Assembly (NCBI GenBank): GCA_041750195.1
Contig: JBGSZX010000043.1
Span: 77,650-141,649, forward strand
Reading direction: 5' to 3'
DNA: 64,000 bases
Source: Bdellovibrionota bacterium
GTDB taxonomy: Bacteria; Bdellovibrionota; UBA2428
Shown here: in pieces, positions 1 through 9,690 of the stretch
Position numbering within the stretch: the first letter of the stretch is position 1
How the letters are laid out: each line of letters starts with the position of its first letter
Made by a program: the position numbers and the translations under genes
Notes under the pieces: generated by a model
What the model was told of the DNA's origin: nothing
The model's input: only the letters and a program-made list of their open reading frames with translations
The model's database searches: none

Positions 1-266
1 GAGCTGATGGCCCCCTCCATCATAGCGGCAACGGCCCCAATATGATCTTCATGAGCATGAGTGATCAGCCAAAACTTAGGCGAATGCTCAGAAAAGAACT
101 TTGTATAATCTGCATGAAGGCATTCAATTCCATAATCGTTAGCATTGGCAAAAACAATTCCCGCATCAACGGGAATGAGTGTCGATGAAAATTGATACAT
201 CAATGAATTCATTCCGACTTCGCCGCTGCCCCCCAAAGACCAAAATTTAAATGTTTCAGAATTCAT
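1..266 (-). CDS. rnj: RNase J family metallo-beta-lactamase-fold ribonuclease. Only the N-terminal ~88 aa are in the window; the 3' part of the gene lies beyond the window start.
   Basis: The reverse-complement translation from the ATG at 264-266 gives MNSETFKFWSLGGSGEVGMNSLMY...WLITHAHEDHIGAVAAMMEG, which carries the MBL HxHxDH motif and an RNase J-like N-terminus. The start overlaps the upstream ORF's stop by 11 bp. Confidence 0.6.
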   Translation of the reverse strand, partial: MNSETFKFWSLGGSGEVGMNSLMYQFSSTLIPVDAGIVFANANDYGIECLHADYTKFFSEHSPKFWLITHAHEDHIGAVAAMMEGAIS

Positions 267-1788
267 ATCTCAGACTCCCTGCGACCCTATAATTTTGAAA
301 CGACTCCTTTGGAAACGGAATGTCGGAAGCCACAGTGGCAGGAATCCAGCGCCTTTCGCCTTCAAAACTAATTTTTGCGACCATCTGGTCTTCGATTTGG
401 TATTGAGAACCAAGCTCCATCCACAAAATTCTATCGTCTCGCCTTGTCCCAGGCAATCCACGGTGCATCTGCTTTTTTAAACCCATCAATGCTGGAAATT
501 CAAACTTCTCCCATTTTATTGTCAGCCCAAAACTTCCCGCGATTTCCAATGTCATAATTGACCATGGCAATACCTCGGGTTCAATATGGAACTTATAGAT
601 GGCCATCAAATTAGGAAATGCTATGCTTGGTGTCTTGAGCACCAAATGAAAACGCGGCCAAAGTTGTGCGCCGGTTACGGAGAATCGATTGTCCATAAAG
701 CCAAGCAGAACATTTATCTCGCCTTCTCGAGCCTGTTTGACTATGAGATTATAAGCCGCGCCCCAATTCCAAAGCGTCTCGCTTAAAATATCTTCCAGAA
801 AGGAATATCTAGAATAACTAATTTCAAGAAACGCTGAAGAAGACGTCGTATCTTGAAAGTAAATTCTATTGTTTCCTCCAATCCGAGTCTGCCCCCAAAG
901 AGTAGGAAGCCAAGTTTCTCGAGAATAAAGTCCTTCTAGTTCAAAACGCCTCGAAAAGACCTTCCAACCAACATTTGCCTTTCCTTCGAGAATTTTTACT
1001 TCGGCCCTTTGTGCCACACTCCCAGATGGAATCCACTCAAGGTCCTTTGAATACTTTGCATCAATTGAAAGTGCCGTATCTGGAGAGAAGGAAACGACAT
1101 GCTTCTGCCTGTGATCCCACAGAAATACATTTTTTCTTTTAGGATCAATCCAATATTCCGGTAAAAAACTAGCGCGATGCCAAGTTGAGGCAGACTTAAC
1201 AACTCCCTCAATTGTTCCTGAAATATCACTAGCTATTGAAGATTCACCTTGTGAAGCCAAGGAAGAACTTAATGGATTTCTATCGTAAACAGATCGAATT
1301 TCTGCGTTAACATTTAGACCAGACTCAACTTCAAAGTACCAAGGATGCTGATCGGCCAAACTCATGCAAGGTGCCAATGCTAGTTCCAGAGAATCAATTT
1401 TACTGCCAATATAAATAGCCGAATCAAGAGCTTCATGACAACTTTCCTGACACTCAAAAACATTAGGCGCTTGCGCTCTCCACTTCTGTATCAAGGCCTC
1501 CAGGGCAAATGCGGCAGATTGACCACACTCAGGACGACTCTCCTTTTTTAGCTCTCCCCAAAGATTCGAAAGTCTGTTTTCGATATCAATAAGTTTTGAT
1601 TTCAATAAGATTGACTCGAAACTTTTTAGTTTATTATCTTTATTTTTTACTTCGTTCGAGCGAGACCCGGGCCACCCTTGAATGAGGTGCCTTAGTTTCT
1701 GAGAACTTTCTTCGCCGCCATTTGCACTTGCAAGCGACGCAAAAACAAAAGCAATAAATAAAAAATAAAGTTTACTCCTTGCCATCAT
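256..1788 (-). CDS. Hypothetical secreted protein, probably an outer-membrane beta-barrel with an N-terminal Cys-containing periplasmic segment
   Basis: 510-aa ORF with an N-terminal signal peptide (MMARSKLYFLFIAFVFASLASA) and five Cys within the first 120 aa. The body is rich in alternating hydrophobic and aromatic residues. It ends in the aromatic ...RYEF typical of OM beta-barrels. It overlaps the upstream ORF by 4 bp. Confidence 0.55.
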   Translation of the reverse strand: MMARSKLYFLFIAFVFASLASANGGEESSQKLRHLIQGWPGSRSNEVKNKDNKLKSFESILLKSKLIDIENRLSNLWGELKKESRPECGQSAAFALEALIQKWRAQAPNVFECQESCHEALDSAIYIGSKIDSLELALAPCMSLADQHPWYFEVESGLNVNAEIRSVYDRNPLSSSLASQGESSIASDISGTIEGVVKSASTWHRASFLPEYWIDPKRKNVFLWDHRQKHVVSFSPDTALSIDAKYSKDLEWIPSGSVAQRAEVKILEGKANVGWKVFSRRFELEGLYSRETWLPTLWGQTRIGGNNRIYFQDTTSSSAFLEISYSRYSFLEDILSETLWNWGAAYNLIVKQAREGEINVLLGFMDNRFSVTGAQLWPRFHLVLKTPSIAFPNLMAIYKFHIEPEVLPWSIMTLEIAGSFGLTIKWEKFEFPALMGLKKQMHRGLPGTRRDDRILWMELGSQYQIEDQMVAKISFEGERRWIPATVASDIPFPKESFQNYRVAGSLRYEF

Positions 1789-3272
1789 CTAAGCCCCGAA
1801 ATTTTTTTCTCAAAACTCGATAAGCTTGCCTTTACAACTCTATCTTTGTTTAAATTCAATCGAATTGTTTTGAGTTTATAACCATTCAGAAGATCTAATA
1901 GCTTTTTTTTGTGTTCGCTATTCTGCGCCAAACTACTTGAGTATTCAATTTCGCTAAGTAGCACATCACGCACTCGATCTGAGCTAGTCAGCTTTTCTAA
2001 ATTTTGACGTTTGTAATCAATCAGACGGCCCACAGCTTCCAATCTCTGAGACGTCTGAAAAGAATAGCGCCTTACCCAATCCCAAGCTTGCTCGGCTTCA
2101 AAACTTTGTTTTTTTCCTTGAAGATATTGCGCAAACTCATAGAGCGTTTCATCTCTATAAATAGAATTAAAGCTTTCCTCAAGAAGATCCTCAAAATCGT
2201 TAACGCTAACCTGTACTTCTCCCTGTATCCGTGAGGCCGAAATTAACTTCCTGAGCTTCGCTTCGAGAATTTTTTCACCTGAAATTTCTTCCATCCCCGG
2301 TGCTTCAAAGCCAAGAGAAAAATATCTATACGCCTTAGGCCACCGCATACCATGATACTCGTTATTCGCGACTTCAAAGAATTCACTGGCCACAATGGTT
2401 TCACTGCGAGCCATTTTTAGCAAAATTGAATAGGACCTAATTTCGGCAGCTTCTGAAAAGTTGCCGACACGCGCTAACTCTTCTGCCAAAGAAATCATAA
2501 AATTTCCCGCAATTTTTCCCGCTTCTGGGCCCTGTGACTTGCTCGATTCAAAATAGTCTCGACAAACACGGCGTATATTCTCCGTTGAACTTCCCCAAAT
2601 ACTAACCCATTCTTTGACAAGCATATCTGCCGATTCATCATCACCAAATTTTTTGATCATTGCCTGTGAGAAGGCGTAACCTTCAACCTTCTTAATGGGG
2701 TGTAATTCTCTACGAGCCTTCAACAGTGCGGCTACAGCTTGAAGATCGTCAGCATCTTTTGCTCCAGGCGCCTTACCCAAAATCCAAAGCCACCATGCTC
2801 CGTGCGCCTCAGAAAGTAGCGCCTTTTGAAGAGGATGAGCGCGCAAAAACCTAGAATAGACTGGAAGAAGATCGGGCCAACTAGCTTGCGAACTAAAAAA
2901 ATTTGCCTGCGTCGACTCCAGGAGAATCCCCCAAAGAGCTGCATCCACCAAAGAAGGATCTCCAACTTTCCTTAACTCACCCAGAACCAGCGCCGCGCCC
3001 TGGGGCCCCTTTCGTAAATACCACTCGACTTTTATTTGATCCGACGAAATTGTACTTGCCTGAGAGGCAAAGGCGCTTTGCGGTTTAAGAAAATCGGAAT
3101 GGGCGTTTCTTCTTGTGAGAGCCCATTGATCTTCAATCTTTGAACTAAAGATCATATTTTCATATTGGGAGATGTGATCCTCGAGTGTGGCGCCAACCGG
3201 CACCATTCCCAACAACAATTGTGTGGATAAACATCGCGATAAAACTGATTTAGCAGGAATAGCCCTCCTCAT
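1785..3272 (-). CDS. Hypothetical protein, predicted mostly alpha-helical, W/L-rich, 495 aa
   Basis: Long ORF whose start and stop overlap both neighbours by 4 bp (translational coupling). I recognised no catalytic motif. Confidence 0.55.
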   Translation of the reverse strand: MRRAIPAKSVLSRCLSTQLLLGMVPVGATLEDHISQYENMIFSSKIEDQWALTRRNAHSDFLKPQSAFASQASTISSDQIKVEWYLRKGPQGAALVLGELRKVGDPSLVDAALWGILLESTQANFFSSQASWPDLLPVYSRFLRAHPLQKALLSEAHGAWWLWILGKAPGAKDADDLQAVAALLKARRELHPIKKVEGYAFSQAMIKKFGDDESADMLVKEWVSIWGSSTENIRRVCRDYFESSKSQGPEAGKIAGNFMISLAEELARVGNFSEAAEIRSYSILLKMARSETIVASEFFEVANNEYHGMRWPKAYRYFSLGFEAPGMEEISGEKILEAKLRKLISASRIQGEVQVSVNDFEDLLEESFNSIYRDETLYEFAQYLQGKKQSFEAEQAWDWVRRYSFQTSQRLEAVGRLIDYKRQNLEKLTSSDRVRDVLLSEIEYSSSLAQNSEHKKKLLDLLNGYKLKTIRLNLNKDRVVKASLSSFEKKISGLR

Positions 3273-3673
3273 GATCTATTTCCCTCCAATATTTGAGGAA
3301 TATCATATTCGACCAAGGCAATAGAATCTTCGATGCGTTGACGTATTTTAAGTTCTTCAGAACTTGCGAACTTTTTCTGAAAACTTGGCTGCCGAAATAA
3401 TAATTTCGCTCGCCCAAGATATGATATCGCCGATTTTTCTTTTCCAGAATAAGCGCTCACAACAGCCGCAATTAAATATGATTGAATTCTACGCTCTGGA
3501 GACGCCTGTGGAGTAATTTCTATATTTAGTTCGGAAATCGCCTGAGCCACATCAAACAAGCCTTTTTTCCCTAGCTCATCAAGGCCCGCTAAAACGGGAT
3601 CTAAAGCTTGCGCGTAGGTACCCATCGAAAAAGAAAGCGACAAACCTAAGGCCACAAGATGCAAGAGCCTCAT
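3269..3673 (-). CDS. Hypothetical small periplasmic protein (134 aa) with a signal peptide
   Basis: N-terminal MRLLHLVALGLSLSFSMGTYAQA signal-like sequence. ATGA-type 4-bp overlaps on both sides. Confidence 0.5.
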   Translation of the reverse strand: MRLLHLVALGLSLSFSMGTYAQALDPVLAGLDELGKKGLFDVAQAISELNIEITPQASPERRIQSYLIAAVVSAYSGKEKSAISYLGRAKLLFRQPSFQKKFASSEELKIRQRIEDSIALVEYDIPQILEGNRS

Positions 3674-4308
3674 CTGACACCAACCTTATTGTCTTCGATT
3701 GACGTTAAAACCAAATCTGGCTCCGCAGAGCTACTCTGAGACCAGGGTGTTTTATTTTGGAGTGTCATGAGAATTTTTTTAGAATTTTTTCTATCAACTG
3801 CACCAATGGGAAGTTTGGCATTATAAAAAACTGTTTTTTTGCTACTAGCAAATGGATTAAGTGAATCGAGCTTTTCAACTTCAGCCTCTACGTACAGAAT
3901 TGAGACATCTTTTGATTGATATGGCAACCATACGGAGTACCACTTCAGCGCCCATTGCTCACCTTCTGGAATGCGCAAGTCCTGCTGAGCCTCGACACCA
4001 TCAATCGAAACCAGCTTCACAGACAGTGCCTTCAGCTTTTGCGATGGACGCTTAGACCAACGTAAGAAAATTCGACTTCCATGTTCAACACTAAAAATAA
4101 TTTTGGGAGAAGCTTGATTTGGGAGTCCAAAATTCTGGAGCATCTGACTTCTATGCCGTCTCAAATCGGTCTGTGCTCGCATGAATCTTTCGGATACAAA
4201 GTTCTGACTTAAGGAAAATGAAGCGGAGCTTAACAATGCCAGCATTCCTAATAGAAATTTTCTGAGCCTGCCAAGAGCAGACAACCTCCCGAACAATCTT
4301 TCGGACAT
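3670..4308 (-). CDS. Hypothetical signal-anchored or exported protein (212 aa)
   Basis: Has one N-terminal hydrophobic segment (LLGMLALLSSASFSLS). It starts 1 nt after the dacB stop. Confidence 0.5.
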   Translation of the reverse strand: MSERLFGRLSALGRLRKFLLGMLALLSSASFSLSQNFVSERFMRAQTDLRRHRSQMLQNFGLPNQASPKIIFSVEHGSRIFLRWSKRPSQKLKALSVKLVSIDGVEAQQDLRIPEGEQWALKWYSVWLPYQSKDVSILYVEAEVEKLDSLNPFASSKKTVFYNAKLPIGAVDRKNSKKILMTLQNKTPWSQSSSAEPDLVLTSIEDNKVGVR

Positions 4309-4309
4309 G

Positions 4310-5863
4310 CTATCGAGCGCCCTTCTCTAAACTATCCTTGATAGCGCCAGGCTCTACGCTCATTGGCGCTTTGCGATTAAATTCGGCAAGCGCCTGTCCA
4401 AAATAATTTTGCCATTTCATAAGGTCTCTGGTGCTTTTCTTAAGATCATTCATCATAACGGCAAAAGCTAGAAGCTCCCCGCCTTGGCTTTGAACAACGC
4501 CAACAAGTGCCGCTACACCATCCAAGGAACCTGTTTTCGCTCGAAGCCGACCGAAGGCCTTGCTTCCCTTCATTCGATTTTTCAACGTGCCATCACGGCC
4601 TGCTATCGGTAAAGACGAGAGAATCTCTGGGAGGACTTCGAAATCTAAGTAGGCCATGTTGATCAGATCAACAAATTGATTAGCACTCATTTTATTTTTT
4701 CGTGTTAATCCCGAACCAGAAACTACTTTGAGGCCCGTTGACTTTATGTCCATTCTTAAAACTTCTTCATTTAAAACTGCGAGACCTTTTTCAGCTGTTC
4801 CAGGGGCTCCCTTGATTTCTTTTCCCAAAGTTTTAATCAAGACTTCAGCGATAAAGTTATTCGAAAATTTATTCATCAAGGTTACGATTTCCCGCAGTGG
4901 CAAACTTCCTTTAGAGGCAACCTTAACTGCCGACAAGGGTCTTGTTTTTCGAATAATTTTACTCGAGTCCGAAAATTCTACGCCTTTCTGCTCCAAAAAA
5001 TATTTAAGGGCGAAACCAGAATAGATTGCTGGCGACAAGACATTAAAATACTGAAGCTGCTCGGACCAACCTAAGGGCATGTTGCCCTTTACTTCGACAA
5101 CATCTCCAATATCGCCAGCATCGCGTCGCCTTGCCTCAATTTGGTACTTAGTTTTAGTTCCGCTTGTTCGAGCCGTATTTTTAATTTTGATATAACCAGT
5201 GTCGGGCTCAACAAATACTTTTACAGGATCGCCTTCTTTGTCTCCGGGCCTAAAATAAACCGTTGTGGTATTGTAGTTAAAACTAAGAGCTCCGATGGGA
5301 GCATTGTAAGGGCGATCGGTTGACGTCTTAAGTCGTTCTTCGCCGTAGCGCTCTTGATCAAAGGCAGAATCATCAACAATAATATTTCCGTTTACCTTTT
5401 TAATCCCGGTTCTCATGACGTCACTAGCCAACAAAAACATTCGCTCACTCACTAGTGAAGGATCGCCCTTTCCTTCCAAAAACAGGTCTCCATTCAAAGT
5501 CCCGTCTTTAAGCGATTTTTCGAAGTAGACGTTTGTGTCATAAGTGAAATCAGGGCCAAGCTTTCTAAGCGCGACGATAGCCGTCAAAAGTTTTACGGCT
5601 GATGCAGGCACGAGAAGCTCTTTGGGATTTATAGAAAATAGCTCTTCCTGACGTGATAACGAAAAAACCCGCACACCAAGAGAGGCCTTGTCGAGCTTAT
5701 CATTCTTAAAAATATAGTTTAAACGACTCTGAAGAGCCTTAATGTACAATTCATCCGTAGCATTGGCCTTCCCTGTCGCTGAGGAAGAACAACAAACAAG
5801 CAAAAATATATAAAACGCTCGCTTTGTGAACCCCCGCATCACAAGATTCATTAAAACCTCCAT
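4310..5863 (-). CDS. dacB: D-alanyl-D-alanine carboxypeptidase/endopeptidase, PBP4 (peptidase S13) family
   Basis: Signal peptide present. The three penicillin-binding motifs are all there: SxxK (PASAVKLLT), SxN (KFSNNFIAE) and KTG (RAKTGSLDG). Length and order match the PBP4 family. Confidence 0.8.
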   Translation of the reverse strand: MEVLMNLVMRGFTKRAFYIFLLVCCSSSATGKANATDELYIKALQSRLNYIFKNDKLDKASLGVRVFSLSRQEELFSINPKELLVPASAVKLLTAIVALRKLGPDFTYDTNVYFEKSLKDGTLNGDLFLEGKGDPSLVSERMFLLASDVMRTGIKKVNGNIIVDDSAFDQERYGEERLKTSTDRPYNAPIGALSFNYNTTTVYFRPGDKEGDPVKVFVEPDTGYIKIKNTARTSGTKTKYQIEARRRDAGDIGDVVEVKGNMPLGWSEQLQYFNVLSPAIYSGFALKYFLEQKGVEFSDSSKIIRKTRPLSAVKVASKGSLPLREIVTLMNKFSNNFIAEVLIKTLGKEIKGAPGTAEKGLAVLNEEVLRMDIKSTGLKVVSGSGLTRKNKMSANQFVDLINMAYLDFEVLPEILSSLPIAGRDGTLKNRMKGSKAFGRLRAKTGSLDGVAALVGVVQSQGGELLAFAVMMNDLKKSTRDLMKWQNYFGQALAEFNRKAPMSVEPGAIKDSLEKGAR

Positions 5864-5904
5864 AAGTCTCCATTAAAGCACACTTTTTAGCTATTCTAAG
5901 GTCT

Positions 5905-7413
5905 ATGCGAAACATTCTCTATACCCTCATTTTGATTCCACTCATTTTTTCATGCACCAAGCAAAAAATAAGTGACTCTGACACCTTAATTCTAGGCATT
6001 GAAAGTGAAGTGAAAAATCTAGACCTTCGAAATTCAATGGATATGAACTCTTCTCAAGTTATCAGTTTGTTTTCGCAAAGCCTTCTACAGATAAACAACG
6101 AGATGGTTCCCGAAACCGACCTCGCCCTGTCATTCGACGTCAAAGATGCAAAGGTGTTTAGTTTTGAACTTCCAAGTGATGCCATTTTTCATGACGGAAA
6201 AAATCTAACATGTGATGATGTTTTGGCCTCTTTTCAACAAGCCTCAAGTGAGGGTTCTCGCATCAAAACGGCCTTCGAAGATGTGAAATCTTACACGTGC
6301 CCTAGTCCTACAAAATTTGTCATAGAACTCAATAATCCGAAAGCTTCTTTTCTTGCCGGTGACGTTCCCGCTGTTAGAATTATGCCAAAGGAATTGGCGC
6401 TGAGCACCACTGAGGCTCCGCCCATTGGATCAGGTCCCTACAAATTTCTAAAACGAGAAAACAGAGACATTATTTTCGAACGATTTGACAAGTTTTCTCG
6501 GTATAAAGATGGCAAAAAAATAACCTCTCCTTATTTTTTCAAAACTCTTATCATCCGAACTGTTCAAGATCCAACGACCAGATGGCTCTCATTAACCTCT
6601 GGAGATATCGATGCCCTTATCAATGCTATTTCGCCGCAAAAAGTTCTGGAAGCAAAGACGACAAAAGGCCTTGTTGTCTACGAAAAGCCAGGCAACACGT
6701 TTCAATATTTAGGATTCAACTTAAGACTTCCAAAGTTCAAAGACATTCGGGTCAGACAAGCAATCGCCTATGCTATCGACCGCGAAACCATCATTCAGCA
6801 CAAGTTATACGGCCTTGCCTCGCTAGCAACATCGGTCCTTTCGCCTCTAAATTTTTATTATAAAAAGGATTTAGAATCTTACAAATATGATCCGGAAAAA
6901 TCAAAAGCTTTGCTAAAAGAGTCGGGCATTAAAAACCTTGAAATTGAATTTAAAATCTCATCGGATAGAGACATCAACTCCATAATGATGGTGATCAAAG
7001 AGCAATTAGAAAAAGTGGGAATCAAAGTCACCTTAAGGCCCTATGAATTTGCAACATTTTTTTCGGACGTACAAAAGGGCAATTTTGAAATGTTTTCCCT
7101 TCGCTGGGTTGCGGTCACGGAACCCGATATCATGCATAAAATCTTTCATTCTTCCCAAGTTCCCCCTGGAAGAAATCGCGTTTATTTTTCGAATAAGGAA
7201 TTAGACGATCTCGTCGATCGCGGAGCTCGAGAAGCTGACGTCAACGCTAGACGCGACCTTTACTATAGAGCACAAGATATTGTTGCCAAAGAGCTTCCTT
7301 ACATTCCTCTGTGGTATCCCAGCAATGTCGCAATAACTTCCACAAGAATAAAAGATTATGAACTTAGCTCTATCGGAACTTGGCATTCACTCTTAGAGGC
7401 CAGAAAAGAATAA
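5905..7413 (+). CDS. ABC transporter substrate-binding lipoprotein, family 5 (oligopeptide/dipeptide/nickel type)
   Basis: Lipobox (LIPLIFSC) at the N-terminus. The 502-aa length and overall sequence character fit SBP_bac_5-like periplasmic binding proteins. Confidence 0.65.
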   Translation: MRNILYTLILIPLIFSCTKQKISDSDTLILGIESEVKNLDLRNSMDMNSSQVISLFSQSLLQINNEMVPETDLALSFDVKDAKVFSFELPSDAIFHDGKNLTCDDVLASFQQASSEGSRIKTAFEDVKSYTCPSPTKFVIELNNPKASFLAGDVPAVRIMPKELALSTTEAPPIGSGPYKFLKRENRDIIFERFDKFSRYKDGKKITSPYFFKTLIIRTVQDPTTRWLSLTSGDIDALINAISPQKVLEAKTTKGLVVYEKPGNTFQYLGFNLRLPKFKDIRVRQAIAYAIDRETIIQHKLYGLASLATSVLSPLNFYYKKDLESYKYDPEKSKALLKESGIKNLEIEFKISSDRDINSIMMVIKEQLEKVGIKVTLRPYEFATFFSDVQKGNFEMFSLRWVAVTEPDIMHKIFHSSQVPPGRNRVYFSNKELDDLVDRGAREADVNARRDLYYRAQDIVAKELPYIPLWYPSNVAITSTRIKDYELSSIGTWHSLLEARKE

Positions 7414-7415
7414 TC

Positions 7416-8315
7416 ATGAGCAGCACGCGCCTAACATCGGGGATGCTCCCCATTCTTCTCGTCGACGACGAAGAAGAAATTCTAAAATCCCTACGAAGGG
7501 ATCTTAGGCGTAACGCTATTGTTGAATATGAGACCGACCCCCTTAAGGCCTTAGAAAAAATCAAACACAATGAATACTCAGTCATTCTAAGTGACTTAAA
7601 AATGCCAAAGATGAACGGGCTGGAATTGCTAAAAAAGGCCTTTGAGATTCAGCCAAATTGCCAGCGAATCTTGCTAACTGCTTTTCTAGATCTTGCAAAC
7701 CTTCCTGATACGATTAACCAAGCTAGACTAAACTTTATAATGACTAAGCCCTGGGAACCTGACGATCTCAGAGGTATTGTTGAAAATGCTCAACGTAGCA
7801 ACGAACTCGACCGGGAAAATCGCGAGCTCCGAAAGCTTGCACTTGTTGATAGCCTCACGGGCGTATCAAACAACAGATATTTTTGGGAGCGTTTGGATTC
7901 CGAGTTTTCAAGAGCCAAACGATACGGCCGTCCTCTTTCACTTATCATGAGCGACGTCGATGACTTTAAAAAATTTAACGACGAGCATGGCCATCTCTAC
8001 GGAGATAAAGTTCTCCATGATTGTGCGCAATGCATGGAAATGGGGAAACGAGGAGCCGATACCGTGGCACGATATGGCGGCGAGGAATTTGCAATCATTC
8101 TTCCAGAGGTGACCAGGCCAAAAGCTATAGAAATTGCGTCCCGCCATTTGCAAAGTGTTCGAGCCTCAACAGAAGTGAGCATGAGCTTTGGAGTGGCAAC
8201 CTATCCCGAAGACGCGAGTAGCACCACTGAACTTGTAGACAAGGCAGACCGTGCCCTCCTAAAAGCCAAACAAACCGGAAAAGGCAAAGTGCTAAGTGCC
8301 TTGGATTTGGATTAG
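7416..8315 (+). CDS. Response regulator with a receiver domain fused to a GGDEF diguanylate cyclase domain
   Basis: The N-terminus has a REC domain (LLVDDEEEIL...ILSDLKMPKMNGLELL). The C-terminus has the GGDEF active site (RYGGEEFAIILPE) and a DxD-type (DDFKKFNDEHGH) region. The likely ATG at 7416 lies just after the upstream stop; the ORF track begins at 7380. Confidence 0.8.
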   Translation: MSSTRLTSGMLPILLVDDEEEILKSLRRDLRRNAIVEYETDPLKALEKIKHNEYSVILSDLKMPKMNGLELLKKAFEIQPNCQRILLTAFLDLANLPDTINQARLNFIMTKPWEPDDLRGIVENAQRSNELDRENRELRKLALVDSLTGVSNNRYFWERLDSEFSRAKRYGRPLSLIMSDVDDFKKFNDEHGHLYGDKVLHDCAQCMEMGKRGADTVARYGGEEFAIILPEVTRPKAIEIASRHLQSVRASTEVSMSFGVATYPEDASSTTELVDKADRALLKAKQTGKGKVLSALDLD

Positions 8316-8329
8316 GAGAATTAACAAGC

Positions 8330-9115
8330 ATGGGACATGCACACGCGCTTTATTTTTCAGGAGCAGCCACCCACTTAAATTCTAGCAAACTAGAACAAAA
8401 TGATTTTGATTCTTCAACTTTGGCGCATCTGCGTGCCTTGCGAATAAAAAAGGGCGAATTGATTTCCTTCTTAAGTGGTTCCGGTCATAAAAGTTTCTGC
8501 AAATGCACAAACCACAATCCTTTCGAATTTGAGATTCTTAAAACTCATTCGTACAAACAGCTTTCCCCCAATTTAATCCTGGGGCTGGCATTGCCCAAAA
8601 AAGATGCCCTTGCACAAGCCCTCACACAAAGTACCGAAATTGGCCTAGGTGGCTTTCAGCTTTTAAGGAGTCAGAATTCGGATCCCTCCATAAAAAGCAT
8701 GGATAAAATATTCCCGCGCTGCCAACGAATCATCGAAGCGGCAGCAGAACAGTGCCAGGCCCCATTTCTGCCGAAATTGTCGCCTGAGATTGCATCACTA
8801 GAAGCCTTTCTTAAGGAAATTTCGTCTCAACAAAACTCGCTTGTCGTCTGGGCCAACGAAAACCTTTCATCATTAGGACAATACGGAATCCCGAACATTC
8901 AAGCGACCTCACAATCTCTGCGCGAGACATCAAAAATTTTTTTATTGGTTGGACCCGAAGGTGGCTGGACCAAAGATGAATGTAAAATAATTGAGGCGCA
9001 TCAAGCCATTTATCCACTCGCACTTGGCCCGCAAATACTTAAGGTGCCCACCGCATGTGTTAGCGCCATCACCTATCTGCGGCAGTTCGTTGGAGCGCCT
9101 TGGACCGAAACTTAA
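8330..9115 (+). CDS. rsmE: 16S rRNA (uracil1498-N3)-methyltransferase, RsmE family
   Basis: C-terminal LLVGPEGGW motif typical of RsmE (SPOUT-fold methyltransferase). Length 261 aa. GGAG ribosome-binding site upstream. Confidence 0.65.
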   Translation: MGHAHALYFSGAATHLNSSKLEQNDFDSSTLAHLRALRIKKGELISFLSGSGHKSFCKCTNHNPFEFEILKTHSYKQLSPNLILGLALPKKDALAQALTQSTEIGLGGFQLLRSQNSDPSIKSMDKIFPRCQRIIEAAAEQCQAPFLPKLSPEIASLEAFLKEISSQQNSLVVWANENLSSLGQYGIPNIQATSQSLRETSKIFLLVGPEGGWTKDECKIIEAHQAIYPLALGPQILKVPTACVSAITYLRQFVGAPWTET

Positions 9116-9136
9116 TTCTGCGGTATTCTTCTAACT

Positions 9137-9637
9137 ATGAATTCCACCCCTAAAGCATCGATGTCGAAATCGATACCCGAATCGTGGCGAAAAGCTTTCG
9201 ACTTGGCTCAAAAAGCTCATGCTGAAGGAAAAACTGTTGTCACAACCAACGGATGTTTTGATTTGCTTCACAAAGGGCACGTTAGCTATCTACGAGAAGC
9301 CAAAAAACAAGGTGATTTTCTTTTTGTAGGAATTAATGCAGACGCTTCCGTTCGCGCCATCAAGGGCCCTTCTCGCCCCATCAATTCTGAATCAGATAGA
9401 GCCTATGTTATAGAAGCTCTCGAAATGGTGGATGCCGTTTGTGTTTTCGAGGAAGAGACTCCCGAAAATCTTCTTAGAGCCCTCAAACCAAATGTGCACG
9501 TTAAAGGCGCTGATTGGAAGGGAAAAAACATTCCAGAAGAATCTATCGTCAAGGAATGGGGCGGCCGGGTTCATTACGCCGGTTTTGTGGACGGCTACTC
9601 AAGCACAAAGATCATTGCAGCTTCTAAGAAAAGTTAG
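9137..9637 (+). CDS. D-glycero-beta-D-manno-heptose 1-phosphate adenylyltransferase-like cytidylyltransferase (HldE C-terminal domain / RfaE domain II type)
   Basis: VVTTNGCFDLLHKGHVSYLREAKKQGDFLFVGINAD is the nucleotidyltransferase (H/T)xGH signature as found in HldE domain II. 166 aa. Confidence 0.7.
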   Translation: MNSTPKASMSKSIPESWRKAFDLAQKAHAEGKTVVTTNGCFDLLHKGHVSYLREAKKQGDFLFVGINADASVRAIKGPSRPINSESDRAYVIEALEMVDAVCVFEEETPENLLRALKPNVHVKGADWKGKNIPEESIVKEWGGRVHYAGFVDGYSSTKIIAASKKS

Positions 9638-9690
9638 AAAAAATTTAAAAAACTATTGTTCTTCGGGCGTAGCAAAGATACAAAACACCC

